In this document: positions 37,375 through 51,734 of the stretch, piece by piece
Layout: every line of letters begins with the position of its first letter
Numbering within the stretch: the first letter of the stretch is position 1
Assembly: GCF_006345805.1 (NCBI RefSeq)
Contig: NC_042997.1
Span: 104,222,001-104,286,000 of the forward strand
From: Octopus sinensis
Taxonomy: Eukaryota
Reading direction: 5' to 3'
Length of the DNA: 64,000 nt
Program-made: the position numbers and the translations under genes
The notes under the pieces: generated by a model
Databases searched by the model: none
What the model was told of the DNA's origin: nothing
The model's input: the letters and a program-made list of their open reading frames with translations, nothing else

Positions 37375-37679
37375 TATATATAAATGTAGAAACACACGCA
37401 CATATTAGTAAAATGTGTGATGCGCAAAGAATTTTGCGAATGAAGAGACTCTCAAATACAACAATATTCAGAGACATATTGTCACGTATTATCACATTCG
37501 AAATCGTAAAAACCAAATGTAGTCAAAACAAACATCATTCGGCTGTTTGAAAAGTGTAAGTGGGTATTTATATATGCATGTAAGCACAGACGTACAAATA
37601 CATCATATGTGCCCCTGTATATACATATATAAGTATATACATACATATATACATATATCCATATATTTACACACACACA

Positions 37680-37715
<36 letters not shown>

Positions 37716-38212
37716 TATTTATATAGGCATAAGTATATGTCTGTGCTTATATGTGTATGTGCTTACTTATATCTGTATGTAGATTCTTATTCTTCTTAAA
37801 GTCTCTAGGGAAATCACGGTAGTAGTTGGTCGTTCTGATCAAATTAAATTTAGGAGTTTTTAGGCGAGAATTCATGTAGATTGCATCATTGTTTAGAGCA
37901 ATGTGTGTATACATACATAAACACATATAACTATTTAAAACTATTTTTGTATGCATATACATACATGTAACATACATGTATATTCGTATCTATACGTACA
38001 TACATCTACGTTTTTATGCATACTGTATATATATGCATGTGTATGTCTACATACTTATATTTACGCACGTATGTATATATATTTATCTGTGTATATGTGT
38101 GCATAAATATAATATACATATATATATGTTTATATAGTTATACATATATGTATACGTGTGTGTGTGTGTGTATTATATGTATTTATGTTTATATTATGTG
38201 TATATATATATC

Positions 38213-38272
<60 letters not shown>

Positions 38273-38273
38273 C

Positions 38274-38316
<43 letters not shown>

Positions 38317-38636
38317 AATATATATATACTTAAATATATATATGCATAAATATATCTTGTCTTGTTTGTGTGTGTGTGTGCATGTTTGTGAGTGTACGTG
38401 TGTGTGTGTGGTTGAGAAATTGGCACCTGTTTTTTTTTTGTCTATTTGTGTTTTTTTTTTGTTTTTGTATTTAATCTTGTTTGCCAAAGTTTGTTGATTG
38501 TTTATCGTTTGTTTTTTTTTTTCGAATTTGTTTATTTATGTATACATTAATTGTTATTGTGGCTTCTATTGTGTGTGTTTTTTTTTCCTTATTCTCGTTG
38601 ATTTTGCTATAGTTTTTTTGTTGTTGTGTCAAACAG

Positions 38637-38696
38637 ATCGAAGCTGTTAACTGTAGCAGCTGTCTGGATGTGATAGATAGAACACTAAGATGCTAA
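38637..38696 (+). CDS. Candidate terminal exon IEAVNCSSCLDVIDRTLRC*
   Basis: T-rich tract + CAG acceptor, 19 codons to TAA, AATAAA at 38781 and 38793. No homology recognised. Confidence 0.2.
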   Translation: MEAVNCSSCLDVIDRTLRC

Positions 38697-38799
38697 AGAA
38701 GACGAAAAAAGACGTAGAAACATGAATGTGATTTTTTTTGTTGCAATAGTAATAACGGTTTATACATTTTGGTTGTTTAAAATAAAAAGAATAATAAAC

Positions 38800-38802
38800 G
38801 AA

Positions 38803-38839
<37 letters not shown>

Positions 38840-38906
38840 TATTATTATTATATTATTATTATTATGCTGTTTGTTGTTTGTTGGTGGTCTTCTTCTTCTT
38901 ATAGTA

Positions 38907-38937
<31 letters not shown>

Positions 38938-38943
38938 GTATTA

Positions 38944-38980
<37 letters not shown>

Positions 38981-39161
38981 GTTATTATTATGTTTACTAA
39001 TACTCATCAATCATTATGCTGTTATTATTTTATGTTATATTATTATTATATTATTATATTATTATTATTATTATTATTATTATATTATTATTATTATTAT
39101 TGTTGTTCTTGTTATTGTTATTTTTAATATTTTTATTATTTTTTATTGTTGTTGCTGTATA

Positions 39162-39199
<38 letters not shown>

Positions 39200-39210
39200 T
39201 ATTATTATGG
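38800..39210. repeat. (ATT)n compound microsatellite
   Basis: Direct reading. Confidence 0.95.
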
Positions 39211-40339
39211 TCGTCATCATAATCATCATCAGCATCATCATAATTTGTAAGCTGTAGTAGTGGAATGTGTTAATGCCGTTGATGATGATGATGGAGATGA
39301 AGAAAATGATGATGATGATAACAAAGACGATGGCGACTGGTAACGGCGACGGCGACGGCAACGATGATGTTGATAAGGTGGAGAGATCAGGAGGTTTGTG
39401 GTAGTGGTGAGCATACAGAATAATCAATGTGTTGATGATGAGTTAGTTAAAGTGTAGATTCTATTAGGAAAACGAAAACACACTACAAGCTGTAATTCTC
39501 GATAACTAGCGGATGATAAACACCGCAAAACGATAGATATTGAATATTAAATAGAAAGAAAGAGAAGAACGTGAAGGAGAAGACAGAGAGAGAGAGAGAG
39601 AGAAAGAAGAGAGAGAGGGAAATTTTGCCAAAATGACAGAAGGTGTGTCAAAACGCAATAGAAAGAAAACGTGAGGTACAGAGCGAGAGACATATATGAA
39701 GTGGGATGAGGTGAAAGGAAAAGATAACAGAAAAATGTATGAAGCGAAGTGGAAACTGGGAAATAGAAAGATAGATTTAGAAAGAGAGAGAGAGAGAGAG
39801 AAAGATAAAGATTGAGAGAAGGATAGAGAGTGAGAGAAAGATAGAGAGTGAGACTAGGTAGAGAGAGGAGAAGTGAAAAAAGAAAAGGATAAAAGCAAAG
39901 GAGCATGAAAGCGAGAGTGAATATGAAAAAAAGGATAAAAAGGGAAGGTAGAAAAAGTGTTTGAGAGAGGGTGAATGATAAAAAAAGAAATAGGAAGCGA
40001 CATCAGATTCTTTCGTTTCCGGTTTTTACATATCACATGTTTCTCTCTGTATCGATTCCCTCATTCCCTATCTCTCTCTCTCTCTCTCCTTTACTCTCAT
40101 TCAGTGTTATACTACGTGTGTTATATTGTGTACGTGTGTTATATTGTGTACGTGTGTTATATTACACACATACACATCTATCTATTTATTATATTATTTA
40201 ATATTCATTTTGTAGAACACTCGCTCCATGAGCGGCCGACTGAGAGTCTCAATGACTTCGATACTTCCCTACCGTATCGCTCCTTTAGTAGTGCAAAAGC
40301 ATCAGCAATGCTATGGGCAGTCGGTATTATTAACAGGAA

Positions 40340-40550
40340 GGTGAGCCGGCAACATCTTTAGCATGCCGTACAAACTGCTTAGCTGCATTTCTTCCGGTTT
40401 TACGTTGTGGGTTGAAATACCATCGAAGTGAACTTCTTTTATCCTTTCGGTATAGTAAAATAAGAGCCACTTGAGCACTGATGTTGGTGTGATCGACTAA
40501 CCTCTTCCCAACAAAATTGCTGTTCTTGAACCAAATTTAGAAAGAATTTC
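40340..40550 (+). mobile_element. SINE family B, diverged
   Basis: GGTGAGCCGGCAAC...GAAGTGAACTTCTTTTATCCTTTCGGTATAGTAAAATAAG. Confidence 0.65.
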
Positions 40551-41681
40551 GCTTTACAATGTAGCACATTTCTGCAAAGACTTCCAAGTTGCTATCTCAC
40601 TAATCTGAATGCATCCATACCCACTCTAACCATGCAGCAACTGTTTTGTTTACTTACTCTCTAGGGATTTTTTCTTTACTCTCAGCTTGCTATTTCTCTC
40701 ACAAATATCTGCCATGTCTATGATGAACCACTTTTTCCCTTTCATGCTCATGCAGTTATTGATTAAATTTGGAGGTGTTATTGTTCAGAGATATGTTACA
40801 CGTATGAACCCTAGAAAAGCATTTCCAAGAATACCTAAATAGATACACTTGATTTCAAAGTTTTACACGCATGAGTGAAGTTTAAACTAGAAAACAACTC
40901 CAAATTTACTCAAAAATCTTCCGTAATATCTTACCATCTGAACTTAACGTTCAACATAATTATCATTCAAAAGCTACACTCCCACTTCCCGCCAGAAAGA
41001 AACTGACAGCAGACTACATAAACTTAAGTGAAATCAAATATATTACAATCCGTTATAAGGCGAAATAGACCGGAACTTCAGAGTCACTTCCCAAACGGTT
41101 ATTGTAATGCAACGTGTATTCATTCATGTGTGTGTATATATATATATATATTCTTTTAAAAGAATATATCTGAGTGTGACTTTGAAGTTTTGGAGCAGCT
41201 AATATTCAAATAAAACCAACAACTGAACCGAATAGCACGTCTGCTGACCAGCCTAAACCTTCAACATAACTACTTTCCTTTGTGTGTGTCTGTAAGTGGT
41301 TCTATGACCTGAAGATGTCACACCTAAATATACACACCTGATAACAAAGTTCTACGCGCATGAATAAATTCTAAACAATACCACAACTCCGATTTTGATC
41401 AATGAAAGTTCCTATATAATATAACACCTTTTCATCACAAACTAACGTACGACTTAATTATCATTGGGCAGTATTTAGCTTACTCTAGAAAAGTTTAACT
41501 TAACAGAGACTCTATAAGGCTAAGGTGAACTCAAAATGAACTCCATTCCGTTGATGAGTAGGCCCGGTGAAACTCGAAGTTACACTCAATATTACACTCA
41601 AATTTGTACTCTAACAAAGTTATTGAGCAAGCGTCCAATTTAATGTAAATTTGTTTTTATTATAACAAGAAAGCAAAATTA

Positions 41682-41752
<71 letters not shown>

Positions 41753-42399
41753 CGTAGTTAAAAGTGAGTCACAAATACTAAATATTAATAGCGTAGTTTC
41801 TTTCACTGTAGTTATCATAATTATTATTCCTTTCATTTACTGGAACATTTTCTTATATTTTCTTATTATCTTCGGACAGTAAATATATGTCCTTAGCTAC
41901 CTTAAAAATATAATATCACAGTTCCCTGAAATCCTTAGCATAAAGTAGCCTCATGTGATATATGACTTCGCTTCGATAACACCTATCGGGATATTACAAG
42001 ATTTGCTCTTGCAATTCCGCTTTCCTTTATGAAATTTAACGTTGACAATATTTCATGAACTTGAAAGCAAGTTTGAGGTAAATTAAAAAATGAATCACAT
42101 GAATTTTTATTCATTTTCTTTTTTCTTTATTTTTATTTTCGTTGATGCATTTTAACTTACAATAACCAAACATATTGGAAACAACGAAGGATTATATTTT
42201 TTTATAAACTTAATGTACACAAATTTTATAAATATCAGTTTCAGTTTTCGGCGAAACACTAAGAATTTTCAGGCTGAGTATTAATCGAAACTTTCGATTC
42301 TCGTACTTTATTGGTATTTTATTACTAAAGGGCGTTCCCCACGCATGCATAATTGTCTTACTACGCCTAGCTAATACTCCAACTGCTATAAGAGGTGAC

Positions 42400-43120
42400 A
42401 GTCTACAGAAGTATGGATAATAAGTGAACCTATACTATAATTGTTATGAGAATTAACCCACCAGGAGGAAATTTTAGAGTAACAGCTTATATGCAATGCT
42501 TTTGGTAGAGGCAGTGAATCTCTAGTCAAATGCTGCGTGATAGATGAAAGAAAAATTGTCATCCACACTTTTATGGTTGATTAAATTAGACCGTAAGCAA
42601 ATAACATTCATGACACCAACGGTATCACGGGACATGTATATGGACTCTGTTCATGATAGGTGTTCATATTGGGAAGGCAAATTGGCAAAGCATATACCAA
42701 TGGCATGTTTGAGTCTCATACCACTAGAGACGATTGATACAAATACCTCGAAGTCGACGAGAATATTGCATTAAGGATTCTGTGAGAAGAGCTTGAGTGA
42801 TAAAAAGAATAATTCACCAAACTTTAAAATATTTTGAAAACCAGTGCTTGTAGTCAATAAAAAAACGTATCGTTTGCAGTTATAGTGCTAGTACGAATAT
42901 TTGGTTTCTAGCATGGCATTTATGAAACTGGGTGACAAGCGAGAAACTCCTGGTCCTAAAATCAGATTACTGTAACTGCTTAATTTGGAATAGCACATTA
43001 GATGGTATAACTGGCATGCGAGGAATGAAAACGGTCTTACCTTTACCACAACCAGTAAGGAATACTTACATATGCCTATGGAAAAGTCAGGTGCAAAGTC
43101 ATGAGAACACTAAAGTACCC

Positions 43121-43130
<10 letters not shown>
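42400..43130 (+). pseudogene. Possible very old non-LTR RT fragment
   Basis: YKYLEVDENI at 42738-42767 resembles the late YKYLG motif of LINE RTs. The rest is too decayed to align by eye. Confidence 0.35.
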
Positions 43131-43166
<36 letters not shown>

Positions 43167-43951
43167 AGGAAAATCATTAAATAGTGCAATACAGAAGAAT
43201 TACTTCCCAATTAAACGACGCTACAGTAATGCTAGATTATTCACATCTGGGTTGTACATTTGTTTAATGTAGATGCTAGTTAGAATTTAAGCTCTTGGCA
43301 GGGTTACCCAAACCAGACTGAGTGATGGTTAGAATCCAAACGAAGCGCAATCTACTTTCACCTCAATCAGAAAACCAAATTGCTATGGTAACTGCAAAAA
43401 AAGGTTGGACGAGCTAAGATCTGAAAATGATGCGTGAAGGAAGAAACGGAATCAATCGGTCTCTTTTGGTCTGAAATCAAGGAGGTAGTCTAAGAAGGTA
43501 TTTTTTGGAGTTCATCTCTCTTAGATATGTCTTTCCGGTAAATTTCTTAATTTTTTGCTAGATCGTTTACCAAAATGGAGGCGAACACCTTTCTCCATGT
43601 GATCAGCTTGAAAAATTAAGATACTTGGATATTTTCCCACTCTTAACATGAGACCAATGGTAGCCTTAATTCATAAATAAAGAAGACCCCTTTGAATGAA
43701 CAGCACATGTAATCTACGTCTCCATACTTTCCATTTGTAATGACAAAATATGAAGTCCTAACGGAATTTACATACCATTGGCAAGAAGCATTTCTACCAC
43801 TTCTATACACCACTTTCCTTGGATGATGAAACTACAACACCCTATATATATTTTTACTTTTATTCCCTATTTCCCCTTATGCTTCTTATTTCCATCCTTT
43901 TCCAAAATAACTCCATATATTGAACTCTACTATTTCCCCTTTATTTAATTA

Positions 43952-44070
43952 TCTCATATCATCTCTAATTAAGGAAGACCCCTAATATCCGAGAAACATC
44001 TCTAAGACTAACTTTCTCTGTATAAATGTCCTGAAAATTCCACAAAGCCTTGGCTTTGTTGTCTCCTTTT
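43952..44070 (+). repeat. Decayed second copy of the hammerhead-bearing repeat at 27390-27520
   Basis: ATCTCTAATTAAGG...AATATCCGAGAAACATCTCTAAGACT...TATAAATGTCCT...CACAAAGCCTTGG parallels the minus strand of 27420-27520. Confidence 0.6.
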
Positions 44071-44168
44071 ATTTAACACACAGGCAGACACATATACGTT
44101 TATATATATATACACACATATATATATATATGTATATATACATGTATGTATGTATGTATGTATGTATG

Positions 44169-44202
<34 letters not shown>

Positions 44203-44614
44203 TGTATGTATGTATGTATGTATGTATGTATGTATGTATGTATGTATGTGTGTATTATTGTACCTTGTATGTATGTGAATCGGTGAAAACCGGTGTGTGA
44301 GGTCTGAGTGCATTTACAAAAGATATATACTTGTATCCTTACAAAAGGTAAATGCATAAATGAAAACGATATTTTAACAAGAACGCGTGCTGAACAAAGT
44401 AAAAGATAAAGCGTAAAAGCTCATCTATTCAAAATAACACACACATACACGCACATTATACATATGTGTGTGTATATATATGTATGTATATATATATATT
44501 ATATATATAATATATATATATTATATATATATATATATATGTTTCTATGTATGTATGTATGTATGTATGTATGTATGTATGCATGTATGTATGTAGTATG
44601 TATGTATATATATA

Positions 44615-44665
<51 letters not shown>

Positions 44666-45607
44666 AAAAAAACATGAAAGAAAAGAAAGAAAACGCATTA
44701 AATTTTGATTAGAAAAACAAGAAGCCTTATAAGATTTGGAGCTTCAGTGTAGACGCTATGATTTTAAATGAAGATAGCAAAATACACCAACTACTTTGGA
44801 AGCTAACTATTGTGATTTAAACACCTACAGTGCAGTGTGAGAAGGAGAGGGTAGAGTTAGAGAAAAGAAAAGCAAAAGAAACCGAATTGACAGATTTTAG
44901 ATGGGGATTGTTTGGCTCCTTTGGAATTATAGATGAAATGAATAAATAAGGTTAAAAGAGAAACAGTTATAAAAATAAGTAGATAAACAACAGATTTATC
45001 TTGATGTTGGAATGTACTAACAAATGACAATAGTCGAGGAAGTTGTTTCAACAACATTAAAAGCATACAGACTTGCACACGTACATACATACATAGATAC
45101 ATACATACATACATACATACATACATACATACATACATACATACATACATACATACATACATACATACATACATACATACATACATACATACATACATAC
45201 ATGCGTATATATATATATATACATACATATATATATACACGCATGAATTTTTAAAGCAAGAGGGGAAAAATATTTAATGAAAGAGTATACTGAAGGACAC
45301 GGGAATAATGATGACTAAAAAGAATTAAAAGGAAAAATTACTGTAACTGCTTTAAAAATTGCTAAGTATTTTGTTTTGTTTTTAATTAGAGAAAAAAAAT
45401 ACAGCAAATGACTGTCAATCGATAAGGAAAAACAAAAAGCAGTGGAGGAAAGGAACGAAAAGAAATTAACACACGCACACAAACACACATACGTACACAC
45501 ACATTCTCTCTGTCTGTCTGTCTATCGCTCTCTCACGCACACATACATACATCTACGCACATCCGCAAACACACACCACATACATCTACATATACGCAAA
45601 TGCGTAA

Positions 45608-45644
<37 letters not shown>

Positions 45645-45651
<7 letters not shown>

Positions 45652-46036
45652 CTGTGTGGTAAGTAGCTTGCTTACGAACCCCATGGTTCTGGGTTCATTT
45701 CCTCTGCGTGGCACCTTGTGCAAGTGTCTTCTACTATAGCCTCGAGCCGACCAAAGCCTTGTGAGTGGATTTGGTAGACGGAAACTGAAAGAAGTCTGTC
45801 GCATATCTGTATATATATATATTTGCGTGTATATGTTTGTGTGTCTGTGTTTGTCCCTCCAATCGCTCTACAACAGATGCTGGTGTGTTTACGTCCCCGT
45901 AACTTAGTGGTTCGGCAAAAGAGACTGATAGAATAAGTACTAGGCTTACAAAGAATAAGTCATGGGGTCGATTTGCTCGACTAAAGGCGGTGCTCCAGCA
46001 TGGCCACAGTGAAATGACTGAAACAAGTAAAAGAGA

Positions 46037-46040
<4 letters not shown>
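45645..46040 (+). mobile_element. SINE family A, full length
   Basis: Colinear with 760-1152. Confidence 0.9.
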
Positions 46041-46098
<58 letters not shown>

Positions 46099-46149
46099 GA
46101 AATACCAGCGATGATAATTAATTTATTTTATCGCAATTTGACATGTTAT

Positions 46150-46180
<31 letters not shown>

Positions 46181-46789
46181 GGGTATAAAATAATTAAGAT
46201 GGCCAGACGCAATTTAAAACGAAAAAGGAATTACTTCACCCTCACTAAAGTGGCCCAGAGTGCAGTGATCATCAGCATTGCTAGAAATAAGAGTCATAGA
46301 CTCTTTGGCCACAGAGAGGACATATTCTATTGTGTCATATTGTAACTTTTGCCGATGAAAATTTATGAAGATATATATATATATATGTGATATATTTCTA
46401 ACACTGAATACTGAATGTCAGTTAATAGTATTCGCATGTACAGCCAACCAGGAAGAACATGACAGCGATAAGCCGGTACGAAAACAGCCCTCCACTACCA
46501 CTCGTATCAGTACAGCAAACACACTGTGCCAGCAAGCAACATGAATCTACCAACTCCTACAAAACTGAAACGAAGGCGAACGGATGGGATGGCCTTAAAG
46601 TCGAATGTTTTAAACTAACGGAGACAGTACTTGAATATCAGCTAAGGAAACACAACTAGTTCTCATTATGCCAACAAGCAGTTGCATAATACCTGTACTT
46701 TTGGATAACCACGTTGGGTGTAAACAATTCTGGTGATTAAAAAGAACTGTCCAGCCGTACTCCTTGTTGCTGACTCAAATTTCTTGAAT

Positions 46790-46827
<38 letters not shown>

Positions 46828-46921
46828 TGTGTGTGTGTGAAAAATATATATAAAGAATTGCTTGTTACCACTTGAACACTTGAACATGTTTATTCCGTAC
46901 GGCACTCTACCTGTGCTTGTG

Positions 46922-46958
<37 letters not shown>

Positions 46959-46959
<1 letters not shown>

Positions 46960-48129
46960 TAGCATTAAAGACCCGTCGTTGCCGGGTCATAGTGCTTGTG
47001 CATGTGTATATGTGTACATATTACATGTACATCTATATATATACATCTACACATAAAATACTAAATACAAAGTTATATCTTGATATCGCTAGTGATAACA
47101 ATACTCAAAATATATAACAGACTGGAATTGTTAGCCCGTCTCTTGTAATTTCGATCAATTGTATCTTGTCCTCCCTCTTGTATAGAAGTGTGTCTACAAT
47201 CCAGCCTAACTCTACTTCTGGGAGGGGGGGGGGGCATTTAAAATTTTTTTCCGGGACGTCCTACGTCCCAGATGTGGAGGTAAAGATAAAATATTTCCAC
47301 TTTGCAAGCTCGAGTCGAGTACTCCCTTGCACGCTCCGTTAACTCGAACCTTGCTTCTATTGTGGCGAATTTACCGCCTCTGATTAGATATCTTTCATGG
47401 TCGCACCAAGACATTTTCGAAGGTGCTTTCCTCCATGTGTTCAAATCTTCTTTTTTCTCTACATTGTATACTTTATAGACAATAGTCTTTTCTTTAATTT
47501 AAATTTTTATTATCCATCTCGACTATTCCATTTCTGCACGCTAATTTTATTTTTAATTTATTCCCATTCATGTGGAACCACTTATTCAAGTTCAAGTCAT
47601 TGATGCAATTTTATACCAATTGCTATTTTTACTTTTGTTATGTTACGATTATATTATAGTTTGATTTTAATTATTACATACTACATATAATTCAATTGTT
47701 ATTATTATTTTTATTGTTAAAGTGAAAGTATCTGACATAAAATAGAGAAATGTTTTTGTTTCACTTTTAACACGTAATACTGAAATAGTGGAGAAGATAT
47801 GATATTGCTATGGGCTCGTTCTAGGCAAGAAGTTGAACATTTTTTCCCATGGAACTACATGGACCCTAAGTAAGGCATGTGTAAAATTTGAATGAAATTG
47901 GTTGTGTAGTTTTCAAGTTTTAGGGAATCGTAGTGGAGAAGATATGATATTGCTGTGGGCTCGCCTTGGCAAAAAGTTAAAAAAAATTTTTGCCGATGAC
48001 ACTCTCCGGACCGTAAGTAAGGCATGTGTAAAATTTGAATGAAATTGGTTGCGTAGTTCTCAAGTTTTAGGGAAACACACAGACAGACAGACAGACAGAC
48101 ACATATTCTCAGTTTTATATATATAAAGA
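46959..48129 (-). mobile_element. Non-autonomous Helitron (1171 bp)
   Basis: The minus strand starts A|TCTTTATATATATAAAACTGAG and ends with a GACCCG-GCAACGA-CGGGTC hairpin + TTTAATG + CTAG|T. Internal 145-bp tandem duplication (units start 47786 and 47931). Confidence 0.85.
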
Positions 48130-48575
48130 TATACACACACACGCATATATATATACACACAGAAAGAGACATAGATTGGTAAATTGGTAGATATGTAATA
48201 TATATAATATATATATTTCTACATACATGCAGACGTATATTGTATATTTATATATACGTATATATGCATAAGTATATGTATATATATGTGCATATGTGTG
48301 TGAGTGTTTGTGTGTGCGTGTATGTATATACGAGCACACACCCGTCTGTTTGTGAGTGTACTTGTGGTGATAGTGGAATAGCAAATAAATAAATAAATAA
48401 AAACGGAAGCAAACATAAATGGAAAAAGTTTTGAGGAGCTATTTAAAAAATTTATTCTGTTCTGGATTAATTGCTTTCACTCCAGCAACTGTAAGCCAAT
48501 TTAAAACAATCACTAAGGGATATAAGAAAGATTGGTAGTACAAAAGAATGAGAGAATAAATGAAAAAAATATATG

Positions 48576-49451
48576 CGTGGTCTGATCAATAAATATCCGG
48601 ACTGTTGCCATAACAACGAACTTAAAACACGCAGAGTAAAGCCGCTTGGCACAAATTGACCATGAACTTAGTTGTAGCGCACTAAGATTTAACGTTATAG
48701 GTTTCTTCTGCTGTTCACAGTAGTGTCTGCAAGGAAGGTGTGTAGCCTGTGATTGTCGTATTGACGATGACGGAGAAGGTTGAGCAGAGAATCTGCATCA
48801 AATTTTATCAAAATCTTGGCGATACCTGCTCAGCGGCCTACACAAAGTTACCAAAAATTTTTCGTCATCCTTGACAAAAAGAGGATCGTGTGCAACTGAA
48901 ACCCGAGTGTCTCTTTGAACAGCTGAAAGCGGTTTTGGGAGATGTGCGTCTCATACCAAAATCTTCAGTGATAATGAACTGAACTGAACCGTAACTAATC
49001 TGCACCTCTTCTAATAACTCATGGATGGTGATTCGACGATTTCTCCTCACAGGTGCACGCACAACTGCGATGTTTTTCTTAGTTCTGCTGGTTGCGGATC
49101 TCCTAGAACTTTCGTCAATATCCACATTTTTGGCCATCTTGGAAACGTCTGAACCACTCATACACTTGTGAGCTGCTCATACACTACTCTTCATACACTT
49201 TCTGCAACTTTGCATAGGCCTCTGAGCAGGTTTCACTATGACAACTTTCTCTGTCATGGTGAATGCGACGATCACATGCTACGCACCTTCCTGCCAAACA
49301 CTGCTGTTAACAGCATAGGTAAGCTAGAACGTTAACGCTTTGTGCACAAGCACAGCAAAGTGCGAAGTCAATCTTTCCCAAGCAGCTTCACTCTGCATAC
49401 TTTAGCTTCGTTAAATTCGCAACAGTCCAGATATTTATTGATCAGACCTCG
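48576..49451. mobile_element. Rearranged mariner: two 5-prime ends joined in inverted orientation
   Basis: TIR CG(T/A)GGTCTGATCAATAAATATC(C/T)GGACTGTTGC at both ends. The plus arm encodes MTEKVEQRICIKFYQNLGDTCS. The minus arm encodes MTEKV...VYEWFRRFQDG...RRNRRITIHELLEEVQISYGSVQ. Confidence 0.88.
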
Positions 49452-50003
49452 TATATACTGTAATCATTTCCAAGCTAGTGACAATTTTGTGGTAGTGGAA
49501 TATATAGAAAATATAGAAAAATTAAAATGAAGGATATTTTGGGATCATCTTTTTGACAGGAAAGCCAAAGGAAGAAGACGCCAAAAATGAAGGCAAACAC
49601 AAAAATTTGTGAAAGTCTACAGAACAATAGAGGTATTTTTGTCTTCAATCCTACTGCTCACTTAATCTTTGTGCATGCAAGTGTCTTCTCGTGTAATCCT
49701 TGGTCGACCAATCCCTTGTGAGTGCATAACATGGACGGAAAGTTGTGAAAGGCCATCATACATACATACATACATACATACATACATAAAACATACATAC
49801 ATACATACATACAAGTATTTTGGTGGGGGCAGCCAAATTTGAACAGTCTCGAGTGTAACTGACCGAAATTATAAGGATAATTTGGTAACTTGACTGATGA
49901 GAGGAACTTTTTTTTTGTCTGCCTTCGCATCGTCTATCTGTCCGGATGCTTTATTGTCATCTGTTGCGTTCTTGTTCTTATATATATATACACCACACAC
50001 ACA

Positions 50004-50160
50004 CGAAGAGTTGCTGGAAAATTCCTGGCTTTAATGGTATCGCGAATGGCCTGGTTGGAGGCCAAACCTTCTGATTTCTTTTATAGGGATTATAAAAACT
50101 GGAGGACAGCTGCAAGTAGTGTGTGAGTCTGTGAGGGGGAATATTTTGAATATAGTCATA
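50004..50160 (+). mobile_element. Internally deleted mariner remnant of another family
   Basis: TIR-like CGAAGAGTTGCTGGAAAATTCCTGGCT joined to a decayed transposase C-terminus, WLEAKPSDFFYRG..KLED..K.CVSL.GEYFE. Confidence 0.65.
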
Positions 50161-51734
50161 ATTAACTGATCCTGCAGTGCCCCAGCATAGCCGCAGTCAA
50201 ATGATTGAAACAAGTAGAAGACAAAAAAAAAAGAAAGGCAAAACAAAATTAAAACGCTAATGGATAAATTATTTGTTTGAATGACGAAAACAAAATGAGA
50301 AATAATGGAAAACTGGACATCTGTTTCAAAAAGTGAAGAAACAAGTAACGGAATTTCACGGAATTAATATAAAGCTAATGAATCTATTGAGAAACGGCTC
50401 AAAGATAATGGTTAAGTGGAATGATAAAGTAGAAAATAAAACGAAGAAAGAAAGATAGGAAAGGGTAAGAAATTTAGGAAGAACGGTAAAGAATAAAAAG
50501 CGAAAATGGAAGGAATGAAAAGCAGAAGACTAAGAAAGAAGAAAGAAAAGAAAGTGGAAAGGAATGGAAAGGAAGATGAGAGGGAATGAGAAGAGACGAA
50601 AAAGAAAAAAAACATGGAAGGCGTAAATAAATAAAATGAATGAATTAGTGAAGACAAAAAGGAGTGGAAATTTAAGAGAAGATAATAAACGGATAAGTAA
50701 TCGTGAAAACCATAAGAAGAATAAAGAGAAAAGTGTAAAGCAAAAAGCGTTGGTAGGAACGATAAAACGAATGAAATGGAAAGAATGAAGAAACAAAACA
50801 AGGAAGGTACAATTAAAATAGAATGAATTGGGAAGACAAAATAGTACTATGTATTAAAGAGAAGAATGAATGAAAAGGGAAGGAATGAAAGCATAAATAA
50901 ATAAATAAAGGGAGAAAGAAAGAAAAAATAAAAAAACTATGGTATGAAAGATGGGAACTAATGAGAAGAAACAAATGAAAAAAAGGCAGAAGGAAGTCAC
51001 AAATTAAATAGAATGAATGAATTAGCGAAGCAAAAATTGAACAGAAATTTTACACAAAAAATATATATAAATTTTAAAGGTTTCTTATTTGTTTATAATA
51101 GTAAGAAAAAAATATATATATACATAGTGAAAATCAAAAGCACAAACAATAAAAGCTGAGAAGATTGATAATATTCGCTTTTACTTAAATGACCGAGCAT
51201 CAATTTGCAGGGCTCGTTTATGTAATTAAATATAAAATTAATTTTTAACAGGGAAGAGTTTAATTTCATTAAACTTTGGTAAATAATTGAAAGCAACACA
51301 GCGCCTAAAAGAAGAACTGTAATAGTTAATCACATGAGCAAGAACATTAGATGTGATGGTGGTGGTGGCGGTGAGGGAAAATGGAGATGTAGAGGGGGAG
51401 GAGGGAGAGCGAAAAAGAGATAAAGAATGAGATGAAGTGAGACAGAGAGAGATGAATAGAGAGAGAGAGAGAGAGGGGTAGATGAAAAGATAAATAGAAG
51501 GGAAGAGAAGGAGGAGCTGATCAATAGGGTGTTTAATAAGTAGTTATGGTAAGTACGAATGACGTGCGTGAAGGAGAAGCAAGACTTGGACAGGGAGTAG
51601 CTGATGAAGGTGAATTTTTTTTGTGGTGGTGGCGATTATCGAATACTTGGAGGAAAATAAATTGATATGTTGTTAGTGAAAGGAAGGTGGGGATAATAAA
51701 GATTGTTTAAAATTGAAATAAACAATAATTTATA

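Noticed and set aside
40113-40163. 18-bp unit repeated about three times
   Set aside because: This is an ordinary slippage minisatellite.
41550-41590. TTGATGA...GAAACTCGAAGT as a hammerhead
   Set aside because: Stems I and II cannot be formed.
46238-46250. ACCCTCACTAAAG match to the T3 promoter (vector contamination)
   Set aside because: Only a 13-nt match with no polylinker or vector flanks, so it is likely chance.
47786-48074. CRISPR-like or satellite array
   Set aside because: It has only two 145-bp units inside a Helitron, with no spacers. No CRISPR array was seen anywhere in the window.
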